Below, one piece after another: positions 1-8,054 of a DNA stretch of 64,000 bases (its first letter is position 1; every line of letters starts with the position of its first letter). Where the stretch lies: positions 4,524 to 68,523 of the forward strand of contig SVJB01000007.1 of NCBI GenBank assembly GCA_015069185.1. Direction: 5' to 3'. The translations under genes were made by a program, and so were the position numbers. The notes under the pieces are model-generated. The model was given only the letters and a program-made list of their open reading frames with translations, was not told the origin of the DNA and searched no databases. This DNA comes from Oscillospiraceae bacterium (GTDB taxonomy: Bacteria > Bacillota > Clostridia > UBA1212 > UBA1255).

Positions 1-1
1 T

Positions 2-148
2 ATTTTCGGCGCATCCCTGGTGTGCGGAGGTCTGGCTATATTAATGTTTATGGGCTCTGGCAAGGCGACAAAAGGCATTATTTGGCTCAGTAAGAAATTC
101 TTGCTGGCAATAAAAGGTTGTTTTATAAGAAAGGAGGAGTCAAAATGA
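2..148 (+). CDS. C-terminal end of a membrane protein (partial; begins upstream of window)
   Basis: Frame is open from the window edge: ...IFGASLVCGGLAILMFMGSGKATKGIIWLSKKFLLAIKGCFIRKEESK*. It has one TM helix plus a basic tail. Stop TGA 146-148 overlaps ATG 145 of the next gene (ATGA coupling). Confidence 0.45.
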   Translation: MFGASLVCGGLAILMFMGSGKATKGIIWLSKKFLLAIKGCFIRKEESK

Positions 149-990
149 AGCGATCTACGAAAATTGCCCTTTTCACCGCTATTACTTTTATTATTTTAGG
201 ATGCTTATTCTCCGCTGCCGCATTATTCGCGATAGAATTTGATTTTACAAAGCTTGACACTTCAGATTTTGTTACAAACACCTATACTGTCGAAGAAGGT
301 TTTACAAATATCTCTGTTGATATTGATACCTGCGATGTGGAGTTTGTATTATCACCTGACAATACCTGCAAGGTCGTTTGTGATGAGACCAAGAAGCTTT
401 CATATGAGATCCTTGTTAAGAACGACACATTGAGTATCTCATTGATTGATGGACGTGATTGGTTTGATTTTATCGGATTTAGTTTTGATTCAACTGAAAT
501 GTTCGTTTACCTGCCTGCTGTAGTATACAATAGCTTGTCTATCGACAGCAGCACAGGCGACATATCTGTTCCCAAAGACTTTTCCTTTGAGTCAGTGAAG
601 ATTACATGCTCTACTTCAGATATTGATTTTCGCGGAAAAGTAAACAACGATCTGTCTATCAAGACAGATACAGGCGATATTAAAATAATAGATTCTGATG
701 CCAGTACTATTAATGTCTCCGTAAGTACGGGCGATGTGGATATCAAGGATGTTACCTGTGAAAATATTACAGTAAAATCTTCTACAGGGGATGTTACACT
801 TACAGAAAGTGATGCCAACATGATTAACATTAAATCTTCTACCGGAGATGTTTGGTGCTCTCTCTTATCAGGAAAGGTTTTCACTGTTAAGACCTCTACC
901 GGAGATCGCTCTGTGCCCGCAGACACTATGGGCCAAGGTACTTGTCATATAACAACATCCACCGGTGATATAAAAGTCATTGTAAAGTAA
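145..990 (+). CDS. DUF4097-like beta-helix repeat protein with N-terminal TM anchor
   Basis: ATG 145 is preceded by AAGGAGG (131-137). TM segment IALFTAITFIILGCLFSAAALFAI. Seven [ST]-[ST]-G-D-[IVR] strands at ~20-aa spacing (SSTGDISV, TDTGDIKI, VSTGDVDI, SSTGDVTL, SSTGDVWC, TSTGDRSV, TSTGDIKV). The ORF-track start at 118 is in frame but has no SD. Confidence 0.7.
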   Translation: MKRSTKIALFTAITFIILGCLFSAAALFAIEFDFTKLDTSDFVTNTYTVEEGFTNISVDIDTCDVEFVLSPDNTCKVVCDETKKLSYEILVKNDTLSISLIDGRDWFDFIGFSFDSTEMFVYLPAVVYNSLSIDSSTGDISVPKDFSFESVKITCSTSDIDFRGKVNNDLSIKTDTGDIKIIDSDASTINVSVSTGDVDIKDVTCENITVKSSTGDVTLTESDANMINIKSSTGDVWCSLLSGKVFTVKTSTGDRSVPADTMGQGTCHITTSTGDIKVIVK

Positions 991-996
991 TTATCC

Positions 997-1542
997 TCAG
1001 CAATTTATCATCTTGCGTTTCTCACGCCAATCAGGCATATATAGGTCAAGCATTTCTTTGAAGTCTTTTCCGTGGCCGGGAATCTTAAGATGAATAAGTT
1101 CATGTAGTACAACATATTCAATAAACTCTATGGGTTGACGGGCAAGTTGGAGGCTAAGCCAGATCTTGCCCGTTTGTGTATTGCACGTACCCCAGCGTGT
1201 CTTCATATCTCTGATTTGCCATGACGAACAGCATAGGCCTGTAACCCGTTCCCATTTTGGCAGGATTATCTCTATTAGTTCCCTGAGTGTGTCACGATCA
1301 GATTCATTTGCCATGTTGCGAGACATGGCTGCGATTTTTTCTTGTTGTTTCTTAATCCATGTCATTTTTTCCTTAATAAAGGAAATAACCATTTCTTCCG
1401 GCACCTTTACCGGAGCAGATATATGTACGCGGCCATCAGGCGCTTTGACGCCTAAGCGAAGTGTCTTTATTTTCTTTCGTTCCAGCAAAACAGGCACACC
1501 GCAAACTGTAATCTGTTTCTCTGCCACTTTCTTATTCTGCAT
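997..1542 (-). CDS. YgjP/DUF45-type zinc metallohydrolase
   Basis: 181 aa. RWGTCN motif followed by VVLHELIHL (HExxH), which is the typical YgjP-like layout. ATG at 1542. Overlaps the upstream gene end by 11 nt. Confidence 0.7.
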   Translation of the reverse strand: MQNKKVAEKQITVCGVPVLLERKKIKTLRLGVKAPDGRVHISAPVKVPEEMVISFIKEKMTWIKKQQEKIAAMSRNMANESDRDTLRELIEIILPKWERVTGLCCSSWQIRDMKTRWGTCNTQTGKIWLSLQLARQPIEFIEYVVLHELIHLKIPGHGKDFKEMLDLYMPDWREKRKMINC

Positions 1543-4198
1543 ATATCAACTCCGGGGACCCTGTTACAGTGTTTCTTATAATCAATTTGCCGTTTTTAAT
1601 TGCAAAGACATTCCAATAACCTTCTGTGCCCTGATCTGTTGGTACATTGAATTGTGCAATCAGTTTGTTGCCCTGTTCTATCTTGACTTTACATTCCGAC
1701 GTAGACATGTTACCTTCACCATCATAATGATGAACATAGTAATAATAAGTGCCAAGGCCTGTTTCTTTTATTGTTATATGTTCAGGTCCATAGCTCGTTG
1801 TATCATCGTAATCCAGCTCGGCAACAACTTCTCCATCTTGTTTGTGTATTGTGTTCCGGAAATATATGTGAAAATTAGCACTATGATCAGGTATGCCTAT
1901 AAGATGTGAATCCATATCAACAGGGTTAGCACCCCATGTTAAGGTAATCAGGAAGTCAGAACCGGTAATAGTAGGAGTTATGGTACCATTCTGGTTTCCT
2001 GTCTCTCCCGGCTGAACAATAATATTAAAATATGATATTTCACATCCGTCTTTCGAGGCAACGATTGTATAGTTGCCAAGCGGCAGGATTATAGAGTATA
2101 CACCATCTGCGCCGCTAACCGTAGTTTTCACGACCGTGTCAGAATTACTTGTGTTGTTCCAACCCCTTTTCACAGAGAGCTGCACCCCTGATATGCCTTC
2201 GCCTGTTAATGAGTTTATTATCGTGCCACTGGCGGTACCTGTCTGGCTCTCACTGCCAAGTACAAGCAGGAAAGTTTCCATGTATGTATTGTTATTGCTG
2301 GTAACAGTAGCATTTGCGACGAAATCCACATATCCACTGGCCGCAATTTTAATCAGATACTCACCGGCCGGTAACTCTATCCTGTAATTACCAGTACTGT
2401 CGGATTTGGCAGTTGTATATAGCTTACCCGATTTGTACACATTGATAGTAGCGCCCACTATTTCCGTAACGCGGTCAGACGCCTTGCAAACCTTTCCGGA
2501 GAGGCTTCCGTAAGAATCTAACAATCTAAGCTCCGTGTCACCCAATATCTTCATCTCGGCAGCACCCGGCAACTCCATTCCTGCCAGAAAATATAAAAGC
2601 TTCTCCCACCAGCTATGATTCGTTGAGTCTACCTTACCATTATCTTCCTTAGCCTCAGCCAATGCTTTCTTGGCAGTCTTTGTCTTACCTGTATTGCCAT
2701 CAAGTTGAGACATCGTTGTGAAAATATCCTCACACATTTTCCTGTCATACGTAACAGAGACAGAATTCTTATACGCAAATATTGTAGCAACACCGCAATC
2801 AATAAGTGCCTGTGCCAATACATTGTCATCAGCTCCGTGACATACGCCCAAATAGAAAACAGTTCTGTTAAATGAATTTGGTTCATAATATGTAGTGAAG
2901 AAGTGCGATGTAATGCCAAGATTGCCACCGCTTAATGTTATAATTTCCGCCTTAATGCCAATCATATCCGAATAATATAAGTGACTATTGTCGTTACTCT
3001 CGCCTGTGCCTATAAATGAATGTGTTTCGGCAGAATATCCTCCGTGTCCGTCCCAGATTATGAGCTTATATTGATCCAATGTCTTCAAAAATGAAATTGA
3101 AACATCCTCGTTGTCAACATTTGTGCCAAATGTGTATCCATTTACATTGGATGCCACAGTCTTAGCTGCTTTGTCTACCGCGCTACCGGTAAGTTCACGC
3201 GCATAAGGTTGCACGGAAACAATTTGTTTGTTTGAATAATTTTGAGCCAGATTCTGTAGGAAAACATCATTATTACTTGCCACATTTTGCGTACCGGCGC
3301 TACCTTCTTTCATATCCTCCGGAGGCTCAAAAGTATATACATATGTCAGCGCAAGCAAGCGGACAACTATGTAGTTGTTCTCTTGATGATATTCGATAAC
3401 ATCACCATTTTCTACCAGACTCTTAATGTAATCTTCTACTTTTCTGAATATAGCCAGCGCATTCTGAGCCGTCTCATCTGAAGACCCTGCAATAACAAAT
3501 TCTCTCTCAATCGCCTCGATGCGTTCATCCATTATATTTGCCAATTGGTGGCATTTGACAACATCATCATAACAAATAAAGCACAGAGTAACATTCTCAC
3601 TTTGCTGTACATCATTTTTGACATAGTAATTGCGCCGGAGCGTGACATCTGAAAATACAATATCCGTCATTTTATATGTATATATACCATCATTGGGCTG
3701 TGTATCCCCTAAAGCTCCGTCATCATTTAGTGTGCCTACAATTTCATCATTTTCATTATATAAATTTATACTTCCGTTATTACTGTTATCCTCAACGGTA
3801 AAAAGAACAGTTATTTCTTCTCCACAAAGAAAATACAGCTCATCTGCAATAAAATTATCTAATCTTTTCTTGTCGGGATTATCAATGTTTGCTATTACCA
3901 CGGCTATGATTATAACTATCACAGATGCTATTATCGGTATAATAAACGCCAGGGGCGATTTTCTTTTCTTGTAAACAGGCTTGATAGCAGGTGCCTGTTG
4001 AGGAGTCGGCGGTGGTGGCGGGGTTTGTGGCTGTACAGGCGGTTGCGGGGTTTGCGGCTCTACCGGCGGTGGCGGGGTTTGCGGCTCTACCGGCGGTTGC
4101 GGGGTTTGGTGTCCCAATGCAACACGCTTGCCACAATGTTCACAGAAATGTGCATTGCTTCTTAATTTTGCTCCACAATATACACAGAAATTAGCCAT
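1532..4198 (-). CDS. Large membrane-anchored multidomain protein: N-terminal zinc ribbon, Pro/Gln-rich repeat, TM helix, clan-CD (caspase/gingipain-like) candidate domain, 2x CarboxypepD_reg-like domains, C-terminal DUF2135-like domain
   Basis: N-terminus CVYCGAKLRSNAHFCEHCGKR (CxxC...CxxC). PQTPPPPVE repeats. TM segment LAFIIPIIASVIVIIIAVVIA. Strand-HG (LIIWDGHGG) and strand-C (VFYLGVCHGAD) follow the clan CD His/Cys dyad pattern. SDSTGNYRIELPAGEYLIKIAASGY and GADGVYSIILPLGNYTIVASKDG are Cna/CarboxypepD_reg-like. The C-terminus reads LTWGANPVDMDSHL...LDYDDTTSYGPEHITI. Confidence 0.6.
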   Translation of the reverse strand: MANFCVYCGAKLRSNAHFCEHCGKRVALGHQTPQPPVEPQTPPPPVEPQTPQPPVQPQTPPPPPTPQQAPAIKPVYKKRKSPLAFIIPIIASVIVIIIAVVIANIDNPDKKRLDNFIADELYFLCGEEITVLFTVEDNSNNGSINLYNENDEIVGTLNDDGALGDTQPNDGIYTYKMTDIVFSDVTLRRNYYVKNDVQQSENVTLCFICYDDVVKCHQLANIMDERIEAIEREFVIAGSSDETAQNALAIFRKVEDYIKSLVENGDVIEYHQENNYIVVRLLALTYVYTFEPPEDMKEGSAGTQNVASNNDVFLQNLAQNYSNKQIVSVQPYARELTGSAVDKAAKTVASNVNGYTFGTNVDNEDVSISFLKTLDQYKLIIWDGHGGYSAETHSFIGTGESNDNSHLYYSDMIGIKAEIITLSGGNLGITSHFFTTYYEPNSFNRTVFYLGVCHGADDNVLAQALIDCGVATIFAYKNSVSVTYDRKMCEDIFTTMSQLDGNTGKTKTAKKALAEAKEDNGKVDSTNHSWWEKLLYFLAGMELPGAAEMKILGDTELRLLDSYGSLSGKVCKASDRVTEIVGATINVYKSGKLYTTAKSDSTGNYRIELPAGEYLIKIAASGYVDFVANATVTSNNNTYMETFLLVLGSESQTGTASGTIINSLTGEGISGVQLSVKRGWNNTSNSDTVVKTTVSGADGVYSIILPLGNYTIVASKDGCEISYFNIIVQPGETGNQNGTITPTITGSDFLITLTWGANPVDMDSHLIGIPDHSANFHIYFRNTIHKQDGEVVAELDYDDTTSYGPEHITIKETGLGTYYYYVHHYDGEGNMSTSECKVKIEQGNKLIAQFNVPTDQGTEGYWNVFAIKNGKLIIRNTVTGSPELIYAE
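4007..4117 (-). repeat. Coding tandem repeat (about 4 units of 27-30 bp) encoding the PQTPPPPVE linker
   Basis: Units at 4007-4036 (30 nt), 4037-4063, 4064-4090 and 4091-4117. Consensus cggcggtKgcggggtttgcggctctac. They lie inside the CDS 1532-4198. Confidence 0.85.
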
Positions 4199-4352
4199 AT
4201 AAATCTCTCCACAAAAGAATTACTCCAAGCTATTATAGGCTAATTTTGAAATGTAAACAATAGCTTAAAACTGTTATTGATGTTTTTGTTTCGTGTTTAT
4301 GTGTTCTTGTCATTCTTTGATAGTATTATAGCATATTTTTAGATAACATCAA

Positions 4353-4399
4353 GTTAACGAGGGTAAATTTGCTTATTTTATGATTTTACCCCCGTTAAC
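4353..4399. repeat. 15-bp near-perfect inverted repeat (one mismatch) with 17-nt spacer in a divergent intergenic region
   Basis: GTTAACGAGGGTAAA (4353-4367) pairs with TTTACCCCCGTTAAC (4385-4399). The reverse complement of the left arm differs at a single base. Confidence 0.6.
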
Positions 4400-4516
4400 A
4401 ATAAAATAAACGAAATACATGTAGTATCCTGTATGCGAAAAATTTATTTTATTTATTAATAGTGTTTACTATCTTTATTGACCTACAAAATCTTTACGTT
4501 GTCTTCTATTATATAT

Positions 4517-4545
4517 TTGATATCTGCGTTTATATGCTTTATAAT
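4517..4545 (+). promoter_or_regulatory. Sigma-70/SigA-type promoter for the Dabb/zinc-ribbon operon
   Basis: TTGATA (4517-4522), 17 nt spacer, TATAAT (4540-4545). It leaves a leader of about 118 nt before ATG 4670. Confidence 0.55.
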
Positions 4546-4669
4546 ATAATCCTACGGAGCATAGCACTGCACATAATGTTTTCCGTGAGAAGAAATAGTC
4601 AAAGAAGGCGCAAGCCGGATACAGTGAGATAAACGAGATTAATATTCAAGATTTATAAGGAGATAGATT

Positions 4670-4972
4670 ATGGTTAAGCATGTTATTTTATGGACCTTAA
4701 AAAGTGATTACACAGAGGAAGAAAAAGAGACTATCAAAGCAAATATAAAAAAAGGACTTGAGGGCCTCCTTGGTAAGGTTCCCGGCCTTATTGAGATCAA
4801 AGTCTATACCAACGGACTTGCCAGCTCTAATGTTGATCTAATGTTAGATTCTACTTTGGTAGATGAAGACGCACTAAAAGCTTACGCAGTTCACCCTGAC
4901 CATGTAGAGGTAGCAAACACACTGGTTCGTCCATACACAGCAGTACGTAGCTGCTTAGACTATATTATTTAA
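4670..4972 (+). CDS. Dabb (stress-responsive A/B barrel) family protein
   Basis: 100 aa. MVKHVILWTLK... N-terminus and ...HPDHVEV... are typical of Dabb domains. SD AAGGAG lies 8 nt upstream. Confidence 0.7.
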   Translation: MVKHVILWTLKSDYTEEEKETIKANIKKGLEGLLGKVPGLIEIKVYTNGLASSNVDLMLDSTLVDEDALKAYAVHPDHVEVANTLVRPYTAVRSCLDYII

Positions 4973-4989
4973 TATAAGGAGGATATGAA

Positions 4990-5301
4990 ATGGGTTATAC
5001 CAGAGCAAATTGGCATAGCGGCCTTACTTATCAGCAAACCTGTCACGAATGCAAGCAAATAATACAGTATACTGATTATAATCTGGATTTTCGTCCATGG
5101 TTCCCGGACGGCTTCGTATATTGTCCTAGATGCAAGTCACCGCTGCGTCACAACGAAATGTATGCTATAAATATTCCACAGCCCTCTCCTGTAGTCACAG
5201 CGAGTCCTAACAATGGAACACCAGCTGCATTCTGCTCTATGTGCGGAAAGAAGTTTAGCGATAACGATCGTTTTTGTTCCGGTTGCGGAGCAAAGCGCTA
5301 A
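4990..5301 (+). CDS. Double zinc-ribbon protein
   Basis: CHECKQ...CPRCKS and CSMCGKKFSDNDRFCSGCG Cys pairs. SD AAGGAGG upstream. Confidence 0.6.
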   Translation: MGYTRANWHSGLTYQQTCHECKQIIQYTDYNLDFRPWFPDGFVYCPRCKSPLRHNEMYAINIPQPSPVVTASPNNGTPAAFCSMCGKKFSDNDRFCSGCGAKR

Positions 5302-5360
5302 TCCAAAGCTCTAACGCAAAGCACCAATAGCTGAATAATATTAATAAACACTATTTGTAA

Positions 5361-5397
5361 AATGCGACCGGATTTATTTCCGGTCGCATTCTGTTTT
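5361..5397. terminator. Bidirectional rho-independent terminator between convergent genes
   Basis: AATGCGACCGGA (5361-5372), loop TTTATT, TCCGGTCGCATT (5379-5390), then CTGTTTT on the plus strand. On the minus strand the hairpin is followed by TTTACAAA. Confidence 0.8.
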
Positions 5398-6316
5398 ATA
5401 TATTTCCTGACAAAACATGCACAACGTACTTCTCTATCATTTTCACAGGATGATAGCTAAGCTTAGAGCGGCGCAAATTAAGATCGCCCGCGTCATCTTC
5501 CCGATTGATATAAGGAACATCTTGAGCAAACCGCTTGGCCATCTCGCTGACCAGTACCTGATGAGCGCCGGGATACGAGCTGTCACATTTCTCAAAATGT
5601 TCATAGAGCGTATCTCCTATCTTCTCTGCCAGGCAAACACCGATAATTTTTTCATCTACAATCAGCGCTCCACCGAGAAAATTATATATACCATAATTAT
5701 TAAAATATTCCGGTATCTTACCATATTCTGCCACTGCCGTATCCGCCGTTTTAGGATTATCGCGCACATATTGTGCGCAGAAATCATGGGCAGGTTGGAT
5801 AAAATCTTCTGTTATTTCCACAAACCTGTAATCAGGATACAACAATTTAAATTTATTCACATGATTGCGTTCCCCATGGTATTTCTTTCCTTTGAAAAAC
5901 ATCAGATCCTGTGAGTTATAAACGTAATCAAATGCATTTTCATCTGCAAAATATGTAATTGCAGAGCCATATTTTTCACAGATATTTGTAATTTCTGAGG
6001 CAGTCACAGTAACGAGAATAAATTCGGAATCGCCCATTAGATGATGCATGCTACGTAGCATATCGATCCCTTTGAGAAAGTCCTCGGATCTGCCACTAAG
6101 AGGTATGGGAGATGCATATACACAACCCTCATTAACAGAATTATATTGAATAAAGAGAATATCTTCCTCTACACAATATCTCACCCCATAAAACTCGCGC
6201 CAGCCAAAGAAGCAACCTACTGTATTATCACAGACACCATTTATATAGCTATTAACGTATTTTCTGACTGTGTCAACCATATTCAGGCTAAGAACATGAA
6301 AATCTTCCTGTCTCAT
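5396..6316 (-). CDS. DUF2156-like (lysyl-PG synthase C-terminal/GNAT-like) protein
   Basis: 306 aa. Size and the ...FFGWREFYGVRYCVEEDILFIQY... region fit my recollection of DUF2156; this needs HMM confirmation. 4-nt overlap with the upstream gene. Confidence 0.45.
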   Translation of the reverse strand: MRQEDFHVLSLNMVDTVRKYVNSYINGVCDNTVGCFFGWREFYGVRYCVEEDILFIQYNSVNEGCVYASPIPLSGRSEDFLKGIDMLRSMHHLMGDSEFILVTVTASEITNICEKYGSAITYFADENAFDYVYNSQDLMFFKGKKYHGERNHVNKFKLLYPDYRFVEITEDFIQPAHDFCAQYVRDNPKTADTAVAEYGKIPEYFNNYGIYNFLGGALIVDEKIIGVCLAEKIGDTLYEHFEKCDSSYPGAHQVLVSEMAKRFAQDVPYINREDDAGDLNLRRSKLSYHPVKMIEKYVVHVLSGNI

Positions 6317-7101
6317 TGGCCGCTCTCCCTGCTGATATCACGTACTCCATCGTTAGAACGGGCCCACACATCTCTCTTGACAGCCCCAAAAATATTGCGA
6401 CGAATATCATGATTGTCATTTTCTAACATTTTAATAGTATCTTTAATTTGAGAACGTTTGCTTGTCTTATCCATAGGACACAGATTAGTGACAACGGGAA
6501 TTGCATCTCCTTGTTCCCGTACAAAAGCTTTAATCTCACCTTCTGTAACATATATAAACGGACGTATTACACTGACACGGCTACGACTGAGCCATGTATT
6601 CGGAGAGAAACAGTAAAATCGTCCTTCGTACGACAGGCTAAGCATTGCAGTCTCGATAACATCATCCTTATGATGAGCAAGTGCAACAACATTGCATCCC
6701 AGACGTGCGGCATGGTCATTCAAAGCGCCGCGACGCAGATTTGCGCATAGTGCACAGGGATTTGACTCCTTGCGTATATCAAACACAACCTCTGCAATAG
6801 AAGACTCTACAAAAGTAAAATGAACACCAAGAGAGTCGCAATATTTCTGCAGCGCCTCGCGTGTTTCTTCCTTATTCGCAAAACCGAGGCTGATATGTAC
6901 AGCCTCGAGTTCAAATTTCTTAGGGTAAAAACGTTTCAAATACGCAAGTACAGCAAGCATCGCAGAGCTGTCTTTTCCTCCGGAAAGGCCAACGCAAACG
7001 CGATCACCGTCTTGTATCATATCGTAGTCCTGCACGCTTCTACGCGTCAAGCTTAAAAGTTTCTTCAATTTATCAGTCAGCTCCAAACGGACTGCCTCCA
7101 C
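6313..7101 (-). CDS. ttcA: TtcA-family PP-loop ATPase (tRNA 2-thiocytidine synthetase-like)
   Basis: PP-loop SGGKDS, CALCANLRRG and HHKDD motifs. The start is GTG at 7101, abutting the GT2 stop. An alternative TTG at 7086 has GGAGG 8 nt upstream. Confidence 0.7.
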   Translation of the reverse strand: MEAVRLELTDKLKKLLSLTRRSVQDYDMIQDGDRVCVGLSGGKDSSAMLAVLAYLKRFYPKKFELEAVHISLGFANKEETREALQKYCDSLGVHFTFVESSIAEVVFDIRKESNPCALCANLRRGALNDHAARLGCNVVALAHHKDDVIETAMLSLSYEGRFYCFSPNTWLSRSRVSVIRPFIYVTEGEIKAFVREQGDAIPVVTNLCPMDKTSKRSQIKDTIKMLENDNHDIRRNIFGAVKRDVWARSNDGVRDISRESGQ

Positions 7102-8037
7102 TCAATCAAAATTAATTTTTTCTTGTATAACGTATAGCGGTCTTCCCTTAACTTCTTCGTAAATACGACCGATATAACTACCAAGGATTCCCAGAATCAT
7201 AAGAATAATTCCGTTGAAAAACAGGGATATTGCCACAATAGAGGTCCATCCCATAACTGTAGATAATACACCGCACAGCTTGAGAATCACGAGAACAATA
7301 CCGTAAATCAGGCTGGCAATTGATATACCAACACCAAGATATGTGGCAAGTTTCAGTGGCTTTAATGAGAAAGACATGATAGCGTCTCCCGCAAACTTAA
7401 GCATTTTCTTAAGAGGATACTTAGTAGTGCCTGCAAATCTCTTTTCACGAACAAACTCAACCGGCGCACTCTTAAAACCAAGCCAGCTAATAATACCGCG
7501 AACGTAGCGATTCTTCTCTGAAATACTATTTTTAAGCGCGTCACAAACTTTACGGTCAATCAATCTGAAATCACCTGTATCAACAGGAATCTCAGTATCT
7601 GTCATTTTATTAAGAGTACGGTAGAAAACCTTAGCAGTAAACTTCTTAAAGAACGAATCACCTTCACGTTTGAGGCGCTTTCCATATACAACATCGTATC
7701 CCTCACGCCACTTTGCCATCATCTGAGGAATAACCTCCGGCGGATCCTGAAGGTCTGCATCTATAACAACCACAGCATCGCCACATGAATTATCCATGCC
7801 GGCAGATATAGCTACCTGATGTCCAAAATTACGGGCAAAATCAATCAACTTAACATTCTTATCCTTATAGCAGATAGCACTTGCCAGATCGCGTGTCTTA
7901 TCACGGCTACCATCATTTACAAAAATAAGCTCGTATGTTTCACCCGTGCCGTCCATAACAGACTTAAGTCTCTTATAAGTTTCCATAATAACTTCTTCTT
8001 CATTGTACATTGGTACAACAACTGATACAATACACAT
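7102..8037 (-). CDS. GT2 polyprenyl-phosphate sugar synthase (DPM1/Ppm1/GtrB/CsbB-like) with C-terminal TM helices
   Basis: VVVPMYNEEE, NDGSRD and IDADLQDPPE (DxD) motifs, plus two C-terminal TM helices. ATG 8037 has GGAGAG SD. The ORF-track start 8079 is less likely. Confidence 0.8.
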   Translation of the reverse strand: MCIVSVVVPMYNEEEVIMETYKRLKSVMDGTGETYELIFVNDGSRDKTRDLASAICYKDKNVKLIDFARNFGHQVAISAGMDNSCGDAVVVIDADLQDPPEVIPQMMAKWREGYDVVYGKRLKREGDSFFKKFTAKVFYRTLNKMTDTEIPVDTGDFRLIDRKVCDALKNSISEKNRYVRGIISWLGFKSAPVEFVREKRFAGTTKYPLKKMLKFAGDAIMSFSLKPLKLATYLGVGISIASLIYGIVLVILKLCGVLSTVMGWTSIVAISLFFNGIILMILGILGSYIGRIYEEVKGRPLYVIQEKINFD

Positions 8038-8054
8038 AGTTATCTCTCCTTTTC

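Noticed and set aside
118-144. Longer N-terminus (MFYKKGGVK) for the DUF4097-like gene
   Set aside because: The ATG at 145 has a perfect AAGGAGG at proper spacing and overlaps the upstream stop. The start at 118 falls inside the upstream CDS and has no SD.
507-926. 139-aa minus-strand ORF inside the DUF4097-like gene
   Set aside because: It is the antisense shadow of the repetitive STGD-coding region. The plus-strand gene has an SD, a TM helix and a repeat structure.
1166-1909. 247-aa plus-strand ORF spanning the YgjP-like/888-aa gene junction
   Set aside because: It is antisense to two well-supported minus-strand genes, has a junk-like translation and has no SD.
4007-4117. Considered whether the tandem repeats here and at 61616-61720 could be CRISPR-like arrays
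   Set aside because: The units are contiguous with no spacers, in frame, and inside CDSs encoding Pro-rich linkers. There are no cas genes in the window.
3882-4194. Two short ORFs (84 aa minus, 67 aa plus) over the Pro-rich repeat
   Set aside because: They are alternative-frame and antisense readings of the GC-rich tandem repeat within the 888-aa CDS.
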